Assembly (NCBI GenBank): GCA_947625435.1
Contig: CANQOI010000003.1
Coordinates: forward strand, 1,591 to 65,590
DNA: 64,000 nucleotides
Source: an uncultured Clostridia bacterium
GTDB lineage: Bacteria > Bacillota > Clostridia > UBA1212 > UBA1255
Direction of reading: 5' to 3'
In this document: in pieces, positions 1 through 7,736 of the stretch
Layout of the letters: every line of letters begins with the position of its first letter
Numbering within the stretch: the stretch's first letter is position 1
Translations under genes and position numbers: made by a program
Notes under the pieces: generated by a model
Told to the model about the DNA's origin: nothing
The model's input: the letters and a program-made list of their open reading frames with translations, nothing else
Database searches by the model: none

Positions 1-1219
1 TGTTGAAGATGCCCTTTATGACCTCGAGCTGATTGCGCCCGCGCTGCGGCTCCTCTCCCGGTATGGATTTTCTCTCGCGGCAGAACACGAGCGCCTTCCA
101 TCCGTCCATATAGTTCATGCCCTCGCTGAAGTAGACAGGCTCGCCCGTAAAATATGAGGTATACGAGTACTTCGAATATGCCTCTATCCCTCCGAGCGCA
201 TCCACTATTTTCTCAAGAGACGTAAAATTGACTCTTATCCAGTGGTCTATGTGTATCCCCTTGTACACATTCTGCTCAAGGGTGGCGATAGAAACGGAGC
301 AGTCGTTGTTGCCGTATATGCCGGCATGCGTGAGCTTGTCATAAGCGTCGCCCGTAACTCCGGGGAACTGAACGTATGCATCTCTCGGTATGGTAACGAG
401 CAATATCTTGTGAGTGTTCGGATTCACGGCCATCACTATGTTGACATCGCTCCTGCTCTTCTGATTTATGCTGCCGGAAACGTCTATGCCGCTTATATAA
501 AGTACAAACGGCCTTTCCGTAAGGGGCCCGTTGGGCGTCGCACCGGTCTGCCCGCTGTCCTGACCGGGATCGGTCTCTATATTTATTTCGACATCAATGT
601 CGTCCAGTATCCTGACATAGTTATCTATATTGTCACCGTTGTCGGCGTAAAAATCCCTGCGCATTCCGAAGAAATTCGTATCCATGAGTATCGCGCGCGT
701 TTCATCGCTGTTCATGAATGCGTTCCACATATCGTCGTAGCTGTCGTACGCGACAATGTTTATTGTGTGGCTCAGTCTTGCGGCGAGTCCGTCCATAGCT
801 TTCTTTATGGCATCAAAATCGTGATTGTTCTCCACGCCTATCTTATCGTTTGCAATGTCTTCTATCTTCTCTGCGCTGTCGTCAAGCTTGACTACAACGT
901 GATATTTGACAATATATGTCGATCCGGGCGTCGTCACTTTGTCTATGCCGCGGTTAAAAGGATTCACGTACTTAAATGACAGTACCGCAAGTACGACCGA
1001 CATGAGCAGTGAAAATACCATGCCTACCGCAACCAGCGGACGCGATCTTGATATGACGAGCACAGCCGATATTATCAACAAGAGCAGAAGTATGAGCACG
1101 ACAAAAAAGATATAAACGCTCCTGAGTATATCTGTTTTTATTATGCAAACGACAGCTGTTATAGAAAAGATCAGCTGGAGCAGAAAACCTATGATACCTG
1201 TTATCTTGATATTTTTCAT
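1..1219 (-). CDS. LytR-CpsA-Psr (LCP) family envelope glycopolymer transferase; C-terminus runs off the left edge
   Basis: Not in the ORF track (no stop inside window). Own translation from ATG 1219 gives MKNIKITGIIGFLLQLIF (TM anchor). It continues ...NPNTHKILLVTIPRDAYVQFPGVTGDAYDKLTHAGIYG...GMNYMDGWKALVFCRERK, an LCP catalytic-domain pattern. Frame checked at 416-418 and 128-130. Confidence 0.75.
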   Translation of the reverse strand, partial: MKNIKITGIIGFLLQLIFSITAVVCIIKTDILRSVYIFFVVLILLLLLIISAVLVISRSRPLVAVGMVFSLLMSVVLAVLSFKYVNPFNRGIDKVTTPGSTYIVKYHVVVKLDDSAEKIEDIANDKIGVENNHDFDAIKKAMDGLAARLSHTINIVAYDSYDDMWNAFMNSDETRAILMDTNFFGMRRDFYADNGDNIDNYVRILDDIDVEINIETDPGQDSGQTGATPNGPLTERPFVLYISGIDVSGSINQKSRSDVNIVMAVNPNTHKILLVTIPRDAYVQFPGVTGDAYDKLTHAGIYGNNDCSVSIATLEQNVYKGIHIDHWIRVNFTSLEKIVDALGGIEAYSKYSYTSYFTGEPVYFSEGMNYMDGWKALVFCRERKSIPGEEPQRGRNQLEVIKGIFN

Positions 1220-1362
1220 TTGTTATTACCTTCCGTTTCACATCGCGTACACAGGCACGCATGCATAGCTTTGTGCGTGCGTATCAAGACGCAGTGCTTA
1301 GATTAGTCCCATATACATGATTTGTCAAGTTAAAAACAGGTGACGGAAAATCACGATCATGT

Positions 1363-1391
1363 TTGACCTCTTTAATGTTTTATGTTATATT
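1363..1391 (+). promoter_or_regulatory. sigma-A type promoter for the NusG paralogue
   Basis: TTGACC (1363-1368), 17-nt spacer, TATATT (1386-1391), with TG at 1383-1384 (extended -10). It lies about 20 nt upstream of the TTG start at 1411. Confidence 0.5.
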
Positions 1392-1410
1392 TCGCGATGG
1401 AGTGATTTAA

Positions 1411-1926
1411 TTGTATTCAAATTGGTATGTTATACAGGTACTTTCTAATAACGAATACAGGCTGTGCAGCAAGATAAACAACCGCATAGACCGCAGTCTG
1501 TACGCGGAATGTTTTGTTCCGCAGGCCGAGTATGTATATAAGTCGAACGGGAACGTCCATACGCGCGTAAGGCCGCTGTTTCCCGGATACATTTTTGTCA
1601 TAACCGATACGGTGGAGGATTTCTACAATCGACTCAGATTGATAGACGGCTTCAAGCGTTTTCTGAAGGACGGGAATTTTTTTACGTCCATAACAAACGA
1701 GGAGGCCGCATTTATCGCGGGTGTGACGGACAATGAGCACAGCGCCAGCATGTCCGAGGGGTATATACTCGATTCAAAGGTTTACATCACATCGGGTCCT
1801 CTCATGGGCAAGGAGGGCGCCATCAAGAAGATCGACCGTCACAAGAGGATCGCCCTCATCGAATTTTCTTTTATGGGCAATCCCGTCCAGATAAGGATGC
1901 CGCTCGAGATCGTGAGCAAGCTTTGA
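1411..1926 (+). CDS. NusG-family paralogue (LoaP/UpxY-like specialised antiterminator candidate)
   Basis: N-terminus MYSNWYVIQV...EC FVP...RPLFPGYIFV fits a NusG NGN domain. C-terminus GPLMGKEGAIKKIDRHKRIALIEFSFMG fits a KOW motif. TTG start is preceded by GGAG. Confidence 0.7.
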   Translation: MYSNWYVIQVLSNNEYRLCSKINNRIDRSLYAECFVPQAEYVYKSNGNVHTRVRPLFPGYIFVITDTVEDFYNRLRLIDGFKRFLKDGNFFTSITNEEAAFIAGVTDNEHSASMSEGYILDSKVYITSGPLMGKEGAIKKIDRHKRIALIEFSFMGNPVQIRMPLEIVSKL

Positions 1927-2013
1927 TACGATGCTGCGCCCGGCGTGCCTCCCCATGCATTTTCATCATAAAATAATATAAATAATGTATGTGAAATGCA
2001 GGAGGTAAAATGT

Positions 2014-2535
2014 ATGCGCACCACTCGCATCTGTCTTGTTGACAAATTTTTATTGGTCTTTTTGTCGGCACTTTTTATATACACGGCTTTCACACTTTTC
2101 ACGGGTACTATCGTAACGGAGAGCACTAAAACTGTCGACATACTGGTAAGAGCTTCATCGGCATCTATCTTCGGTTATTTTATAAGCAGCAATTTTGTAA
2201 AAAGTCACAGCGACAGCGGCATGGGCAGCCCGGAGGCCGCCGGCACCGATCAGGTTGCCGGCTGCGGCAATGACGGCACGGGCAGCAATGAAGGTACAGG
2301 CGGCACCGGCGCTGCGGAGACAGCAGCGCCTGCGCCGCAGGCGCCCGATCAAGTTAAATGCAATTCTCCGCAGGTGATAATCGTATCGCTGATAGGTCTT
2401 GTATCCATGATACTGATGTTCCTGTCAAACAAATACGCCGATGCCGCGCCGCACGCCGCAGCAACTATCGCGCAGCTCAGAGACTTTGTATCGGCGTGCG
2501 TCGGTTACCTCGTGAGCTGCGGCAAGTCTCACTGA
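2014..2535 (+). CDS. hypothetical multi-pass membrane protein with a G/A/T-rich low-complexity loop
   Basis: ORF-track protein has hydrophobic segments (FLLVFLSALFIYTAFTLF, VIIVSLIGLVSMILMFL). Start moved to ATG 2014, 8 nt after AGGAGG (2000-2005). No recognisable family. Confidence 0.5.
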   Translation: MRTTRICLVDKFLLVFLSALFIYTAFTLFTGTIVTESTKTVDILVRASSASIFGYFISSNFVKSHSDSGMGSPEAAGTDQVAGCGNDGTGSNEGTGGTGAAETAAPAPQAPDQVKCNSPQVIIVSLIGLVSMILMFLSNKYADAAPHAAATIAQLRDFVSACVGYLVSCGKSH

Positions 2536-2617
2536 CATCAGAATGAAATGCATGTAACGAAGCCTTTTGATCGTTCATAGTATAATTAGTGAATTGATTT
2601 TACAAGAGGCTGAGAAA

Positions 2618-3490
2618 ATGGACGCACAAAAGAAATACAGGTTTTCCGTAGCGGGCGGTGATATGAGAAATGCGGATCTTGCGGAGCTGCTCGCGGCGGG
2701 CGGACACGACGCGTACACATTCGCTTTGGGCAATGCCGGTAAAATGAGCGGCCGCTGCTCAAACCTCGGCGAAGCGGCGGCGCTTTGTGATATTTTGATA
2801 TGCCCGATACCTTTTTCGACCGACGGAATATATCTTAACGCTCCTTTTCACACGGAAAAGATCAGTCTTCAGTCCGTTTCAGACATTTTACGTGAGTCCG
2901 GATTCGGAGGATTGCTCATAGGCGGACGCATACCGCAGGAGATCGTATCAACAGGCGTTGATTGCGTTGATATCCTTATGAGAGACGACCTGGCCATACT
3001 GAATTCTGTCCCCACCGCCGAGGGCGCTCTGCAGATCGCCATGGAGGAGCTTCCGTATACTGTTCACGGCATTAAAGCCGTGGTGTGCGGGATGGGGCGC
3101 GTGGGCTCCGCTCTTGCAAGACTGCTCGTAAAAGCGGGCGCGGATGTCACTGTTTCCGTGAGGAGCAGCCGGGACGCGGCTGTCTGCGAAGCGGAATGTA
3201 TCAAAAGTACATCTTATGAGGATCTGGCCGACATTTTGCCGGACGCTATGCTCGTATACAATACGGTGCCGGCAAGGGTGATCGACAGCCGCCTTTTGGA
3301 CGCGGCCAACGAAAATGCTCTTTTTATCGATCTCGCGTCGGCGCCGGGAGGCATCGATTTTGACTATGCCGCTTCCAGACACCTGCGTGTTATACACGCT
3401 CTTTCTCTTCCCGGGAAGGTGGCCCCGGCAGGTGCGGCTCAGATTCTGCAAAAGGTTATATTCAACGTTCTTCGCGAGAAAAATATGTGA
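2618..3490 (+). CDS. dpaA: dipicolinate synthase subunit A (SpoVFA)
   Basis: MDAQKKYRFSVAGGDMRNADLAELL... with an NAD-binding GMGRVG motif. It sits directly upstream of dpaB. Start placed at the ATG after gaggctgag. Confidence 0.85.
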   Translation: MDAQKKYRFSVAGGDMRNADLAELLAAGGHDAYTFALGNAGKMSGRCSNLGEAAALCDILICPIPFSTDGIYLNAPFHTEKISLQSVSDILRESGFGGLLIGGRIPQEIVSTGVDCVDILMRDDLAILNSVPTAEGALQIAMEELPYTVHGIKAVVCGMGRVGSALARLLVKAGADVTVSVRSSRDAAVCEAECIKSTSYEDLADILPDAMLVYNTVPARVIDSRLLDAANENALFIDLASAPGGIDFDYAASRHLRVIHALSLPGKVAPAGAAQILQKVIFNVLREKNM

Positions 3491-3514
3491 TTTTTTATAT
3501 GAGGGGTTGGTAAA

Positions 3515-4099
3515 ATGTTCGAATGTTTCGATGGGCTGCGCGTCGGGCTCGCCGTAACGGGCTCGTTCTGCACTCATAAAAATATTGCCGCCGTTGCTGA
3601 CAATCTTGTTAAGCGCGGCGCCGTTGTTTTTCCGATACTGTCATATGCCTCCTCTGAAACGTCTACGAGATTCATGTCAAGAGAGGAGCTGTATGATACG
3701 CTCGTGAGCATCACGGGGCACGAGCCCATTTGCACTATAAAGGAAGCGGAGCCTATCGGTCCCAAGAAGCTGCTCGATGTGGTGGCCGTCGTGCCCTGCA
3801 CGGGCAATACTATTTCTAAGCTCGCAAATTCCATTACCGACACGCCTGTTCTTATGGCGTGCAAGTCGCATCTGCGAAATAACAGGCCGATCGTCATTGC
3901 GGTCTCTACCAATGACGGTCTGTCAGGCAATGCCAAAAACATAGGTACGCTGCTGGCCATGAAGAATTTCTTTTTTGTTCCCTTCAGGCAGGACGACAGC
4001 GTTAAGAAGCCTTTTTCTCTCATGGCCGATTTTTCGCTTGTGAACGAGACTATCGCCATGGCTCTCGAGGGCTCCCAGCTGCAGCCTATCCTGCTGTAG
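3515..4099 (+). CDS. dpaB: dipicolinate synthase subunit B (SpoVFB, flavoprotein)
   Basis: LRVGLAVTGSFCT...PILSYASSETSTRF...VVPCTGNTISKLANSITDTPV is the typical DpaB flavoprotein pattern. Paired with dpaA. Confidence 0.9.
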   Translation: MFECFDGLRVGLAVTGSFCTHKNIAAVADNLVKRGAVVFPILSYASSETSTRFMSREELYDTLVSITGHEPICTIKEAEPIGPKKLLDVVAVVPCTGNTISKLANSITDTPVLMACKSHLRNNRPIVIAVSTNDGLSGNAKNIGTLLAMKNFFFVPFRQDDSVKKPFSLMADFSLVNETIAMALEGSQLQPILL

Positions 4100-4158
4100 G
4101 CTGTCGCCGCAGGCTGTTCTTCTGCGGGCTGTTCCGCTAGGGCTGTTCCGCTGCGGGC
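4099..4158. repeat. four degenerate tandem copies of a 13-16 bp unit (GGCTGTTCCGCTGCG-like)
   Basis: Read directly: ggctgtcgccgca / ggctgttcttctgcg / ggctgttccgcta / gggctgttccgctgcg. It starts at the dpaB stop codon. Confidence 0.6.
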
Positions 4159-4180
4159 AGGGCGGGGTAAAATGCAATAA

Positions 4181-4206
4181 GGCGGCCGCTCACGCGCGCG
4201 GCCGCC
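4181..4206. terminator. GC-rich hairpin between convergent dpaB and the GDPD gene
   Basis: ggcggccgc (4181-4189) / loop tcacgcgc / gcggccgcc (4198-4206), a 9-bp perfect stem. Flanking T/A runs are weak. Confidence 0.5.
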
Positions 4207-4225
4207 CCGGGGTTTATATAATATT

Positions 4226-4975
4226 TTACTCGTGCATGCCGTTTTTACGCAGCATATCCAGCACTCTGTCGGGAACGTTCGTTATTATTCCGGTTACGCC
4301 GAGCTCCATCGCGCGCTCTATGTCCTGCGGTGCGTCGACTGTCCACACGTTCACGTCTATACCGTTTTCACGGCACTTGTCCACTATTTCTTTATCCATG
4401 CAGTTTATCTCGGGATGTATGATATCCGCCTTATAGCTCCTGACAAATGCCACTGTCTCGTCCGGCGTCATTTTATGCCCGTACAGGAGCGCCGTCCTGA
4501 GATCGGGATGTGCTTCTTTGAGTTCTTTAAGCGACTTGTGGTCAAAGCTCGATATTATGGTGCGCTCCACACATGAATGTTTCACAAGTGAGTCGTACAG
4601 ATGATCAAACGCGAACGGCCTGTCGTCTTTCGGCATGAGCGGCTTTAATTCTATGTTTATCACACGCATGCCGTCCACTATATCGAGGAATTCTTCCAAT
4701 GTGGCTATGTGTGTGCCTTTGTATTTTTCGTCTGTACGTACCCCGAAGTCGTACTGCATGAGCTCTTCGTAGGTCATGTCGCATATCTCGCCCGTACCTG
4801 TCGACATTCTGTTTATATTGCCGTCGTGGCTCAGTACGTATATGTTGTCTTTTGTAAGACGTATATCGTTTTCGACACCGTCGGCTCCCATTTCAACCGC
4901 AAGTCTGAATGACGGCGCAGTGTTTTCCGGCGCGTAAGCCGAAGCGCCTCTGTGCGCCTGTACGTTTATCCTCAT
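4226..4975 (-). CDS. glycerophosphodiester phosphodiesterase (GDPD family)
   Basis: MRINVQAHRGASAYAPENTAPSFRLAVEMGADGVENDIRLTKD... is the canonical GDPD N-terminal HRG...EN...E.D motif. Confidence 0.9.
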   Translation of the reverse strand: MRINVQAHRGASAYAPENTAPSFRLAVEMGADGVENDIRLTKDNIYVLSHDGNINRMSTGTGEICDMTYEELMQYDFGVRTDEKYKGTHIATLEEFLDIVDGMRVINIELKPLMPKDDRPFAFDHLYDSLVKHSCVERTIISSFDHKSLKELKEAHPDLRTALLYGHKMTPDETVAFVRSYKADIIHPEINCMDKEIVDKCRENGIDVNVWTVDAPQDIERAMELGVTGIITNVPDRVLDMLRKNGMHE

Positions 4976-5193
4976 TTCAGCTACCTCCCGTTTAGTTCTT
5001 TTATACGGGACGAATTATAGTCTTTAATACTCATATTATCAAGATTTTTATTCCGCACCGGCGGCGGCGATAAATCAGTTATGGATTTATAAACTAAATA
5101 TTGTAAAATTTTTCTGTGATTTTGCCTTTATAATTTGACAATCCGGTTATAATATGATAGGATAGCAATGTAAAAAAGAGAGGAGATCATTAT

Positions 5194-6402
5194 ATGATCT
5201 GTCAATTTTCATTCAGGAATTTTATGTCATATAAAAATGAGGCTGTATTTGATTTCCAGGCAGCAGCTATTCCCGAGTTGTCCGACAGCGTTATTACGGG
5301 GGATAAGATGTCTGATCTTCTCCCGGCCTGCGTGATATACGGCCCAAACGGAGGCGGAAAGTCTAATCTGCTCAAGGCATTTGCCTGCCTTGTTTGTACT
5401 GTTGTAAAGCCCGTTGCAGATCTCGGAAAGACAAGGGAGGCTTTAATATTGCAGCTTGGGGCAGACTGCATTCCGTTTTTGCTCGATGACAATTCGCGGG
5501 ATGAGAGCACCATGTTCCGAGTTTATTTCCGCACTGACGGCAGCGAATACCGGTACAGCTTGGCTATAAATAAAGACGAGATAGTATCCGAATCTCTTTC
5601 ATGGAGAAATATCGGAGGGAAGAAAACAGGCGTTGTCTTTATAAGAAACTTTAGTGACATAGACCTCGGAGCCAGCATTAATAAGACAAGTGTCAACAAA
5701 CAAGTTAACCCCAAGATGCCTTATCTGTCTTTCCTTGCTATCAATTATGATTTTCCGGTCATAGCAGAGGTAATATCATGGTTTGAATCATGTATTATTC
5801 AAAGTTATGCCAATACGCATGTCGACAGCAGGATATTCTTTACAGATGAGAGCAACAAAAAGTCGATCATCCGAGCTTTGAATGATCTGGATATTGATAT
5901 CGCCGATTACAGATTCAGTGATGACAAGAAGCAAATGTATACTGTCAGAACAGTAAATGAAAAATCATATGAACTGCCTTTCGAATACGAATCCGACGGC
6001 ACAAGAAAGCTGCTTACAGCTCTTCCTATCATACTGATCGCACTTCGTTACGGAAGATTTGTTGTTATAGATGAGCTGGATGCCAAACTTCATCCGAAGC
6101 TCCTTCGTTATATAATCAAGCTCTTTCACAACCCCGAGATCAATAAAAACGGAGCCCAGTTGCTTTACACCTCTCACGATCTGACTACCATGAAGAATGA
6201 TCTGTTCCGCAGAGATGAGATATGGTTTGCATGTGAAAATGATTCTCATGAGAGTGAAATATATTCATTATATGATATTCGCGACGAAAATGACAAACAC
6301 GTCAATAATACCGCCGCATACGATAAGCAGTATATAGAAGGAAGATACGGCGCCGATCCTTACCTGCAGAATATTTTAGGAGGCGAATGGAATGAGTCTT
6401 AA
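5194..6402 (+). CDS. ABC/AAA_21-type P-loop ATPase (AbiLi / AriA-like defence ATPase candidate)
   Basis: Walker A GPNGGGKS (5341-5364), ESDGTRKLL signature-like motif, Walker B FVVIDELDAKLHP (6058-6096), C-terminal RYGADPY. Strong SD agaggag lies before the ATG. AT-rich relative to the flanks. Confidence 0.8.
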   Translation: MICQFSFRNFMSYKNEAVFDFQAAAIPELSDSVITGDKMSDLLPACVIYGPNGGGKSNLLKAFACLVCTVVKPVADLGKTREALILQLGADCIPFLLDDNSRDESTMFRVYFRTDGSEYRYSLAINKDEIVSESLSWRNIGGKKTGVVFIRNFSDIDLGASINKTSVNKQVNPKMPYLSFLAINYDFPVIAEVISWFESCIIQSYANTHVDSRIFFTDESNKKSIIRALNDLDIDIADYRFSDDKKQMYTVRTVNEKSYELPFEYESDGTRKLLTALPIILIALRYGRFVVIDELDAKLHPKLLRYIIKLFHNPEINKNGAQLLYTSHDLTTMKNDLFRRDEIWFACENDSHESEIYSLYDIRDENDKHVNNTAAYDKQYIEGRYGADPYLQNILGGEWNES

Positions 6403-7069
6403 GCCGACTAAAAAAACGGATCTTGGCAAGGACTGGCTTAAAGGCCGTGAGGCGCGGTCAACAAGAGTAAGACTCAATCCCGAATATCATCTTATTGTCA
6501 CTGAAGGAATTGATACAGAGCCGAGATATTTTGAAGCTATAAAAAACGAGATAAATAAGAATTTCAAAGACCGTATCAGCTTCGAAATAATCGGTACGGG
6601 AGATAATACAATCAGTCTTTTCAAAAAAGCTAAGTCCATCGTTGACAAAAGTCCCAATGGATTCAAGCACGTTTGGATCGTATACGATACCGACGACTTT
6701 CCACGGGAAAACATAAATCAAACTTTTGAGTTATGTAAGTCAAGCTCCACCGACGAAACAAAGTATCATGCTTTATGGTCTAATCAATGTATTGAACTCT
6801 GGTTCCTGCTTCACTTTGCCTACTATCATTCGGACATACACAGAACTGAGTATTGGCCGAAATTGACTGAACACCTAAAAAAAATCAATGCCGGAGAGTA
6901 TACAAAGGATCGCGATGATATGTATCTGATTTTGAAGCCGTTTGTTGATACTGCAATAAAAAATGCAAAAAAACTTGCATTTAGAAATCAAGGAAAAACA
7001 CCGGCAGAATCAGCCCCAGGCACTGAGGTATATCAGATCATTGAGATGCTTAAACCGTTTCTAAACTAA
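6392..7069 (+). CDS. RloB-like (TOPRIM-related) protein, AbiLii-like
   Basis: LIVTEGIDTEPRYF (6491-6532), WIVYDTDDF (6674-6700) and SNQCIELWFLLHF match RloB family motifs as I remember them. The start overlaps the ATPase stop by 11 nt. Confidence 0.75.
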   Translation: MSLKPTKKTDLGKDWLKGREARSTRVRLNPEYHLIVTEGIDTEPRYFEAIKNEINKNFKDRISFEIIGTGDNTISLFKKAKSIVDKSPNGFKHVWIVYDTDDFPRENINQTFELCKSSSTDETKYHALWSNQCIELWFLLHFAYYHSDIHRTEYWPKLTEHLKKINAGEYTKDRDDMYLILKPFVDTAIKNAKKLAFRNQGKTPAESAPGTEVYQIIEMLKPFLN

Positions 7070-7087
7070 ATGGATAGGAGATCACAC

Positions 7088-7267
7088 ATGAATGTAACCT
7101 TTGTAAATCCCGGAGTGGATTATATGATTTCGCGGATCATGGAGTCCCAATCCGAAGGTGAGTCCGCATTTTGGTCAGACCCTTTATTTCATTTCTTTCC
7201 TAAACTCGACAAAGCCCATGTCGACAGTCTTCCTTTTTCAACGATCTGCTGTGTAATGTCACTATGA
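7088..7267 (+). CDS. small ORF (59 aa), probably the N-terminal part of a frameshifted gene
   Basis: ATG 7088 lies 7 nt after AGGAG. The stop overlaps the next ATG (ATGA at 7264-7267). The frame of the next ORF is already open from 7204. Confidence 0.4.
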   Translation: MNVTFVNPGVDYMISRIMESQSEGESAFWSDPLFHFFPKLDKAHVDSLPFSTICCVMSL

Positions 7268-7662
7268 ATCCGATCGAACCGCGTTTTCTCAAGGAGCATC
7301 GCTTTGATGTTTTTTATCTGAACAGCGAAAAAGGAGCTATCGGTGAAAGTATACATGAAATCGTGCACTTTATGTGGTTTTATGTATGGAATCAGTTGTT
7401 CGGTGACGATTACGATGAGTACGAGCGACCCTCGCTTAACCGGCTCAGTTCAATCAATCCTTACTTTCCCGGAGAAAACGGAGGATGTATATATCCCTGT
7501 TTCTTTGATATGAAGGTGAACGGTGTGCTGATACCGGATACGCTCAATACCATGTATAAGTCTCAGAGTATTGAAAATTTCATGCGCAACAGTTTTGCTT
7601 ATTGCAAGGAACACGAGACTGAAATCAGAGAGCACATGATCAAATCAAACGGAGCGGTATGA
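7264..7662 (+). CDS. hypothetical protein with an HExxH motif (IHEIVHFMWF)
   Basis: 132-aa ORF in the operon. HEIVH is encoded near 7350-7365. It is followed by a strong terminator. No family recognised. Confidence 0.5.
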   Translation: MNPIEPRFLKEHRFDVFYLNSEKGAIGESIHEIVHFMWFYVWNQLFGDDYDEYERPSLNRLSSINPYFPGENGGCIYPCFFDMKVNGVLIPDTLNTMYKSQSIENFMRNSFAYCKEHETEIREHMIKSNGAV

Positions 7663-7674
7663 TAAATTCCCGTT

Positions 7675-7708
7675 AAGGAACGGCATGACCGAGATCATGC
7701 CGTTCCTT
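7675..7708. terminator. bidirectional rho-independent terminator (14-bp stem)
   Basis: aaggaacggcatga / ccgaga / tcatgccgttcctt, followed by a T-rich tract on the plus strand. It sits between the 7264-7662 ORF and the nifJ stop (7737). Confidence 0.8.
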
Positions 7709-7736
7709 CAGAATTTTATTGATTTTTCTTTACCGT

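Noticed and set aside
242-979. 245-aa plus-strand ORF
   Set aside because: It lies antisense to the LCP gene, whose minus-strand translation gives clear family motifs. The plus-strand product is V/I/Y-rich nonsense with no SD.
4099-4158. Tandem repeats as a possible CRISPR array
   Set aside because: The units are 13-16 bp, contiguous, with no spacers and no cas genes. This is not a CRISPR.
7070-7087. ATG at 7070 as the start of the small ORF
   Set aside because: ATG 7088 is preceded by AGGAG at optimal spacing. ATG 7070 abuts the RloB stop codon with no SD. Translational coupling at 7070 cannot be fully excluded.
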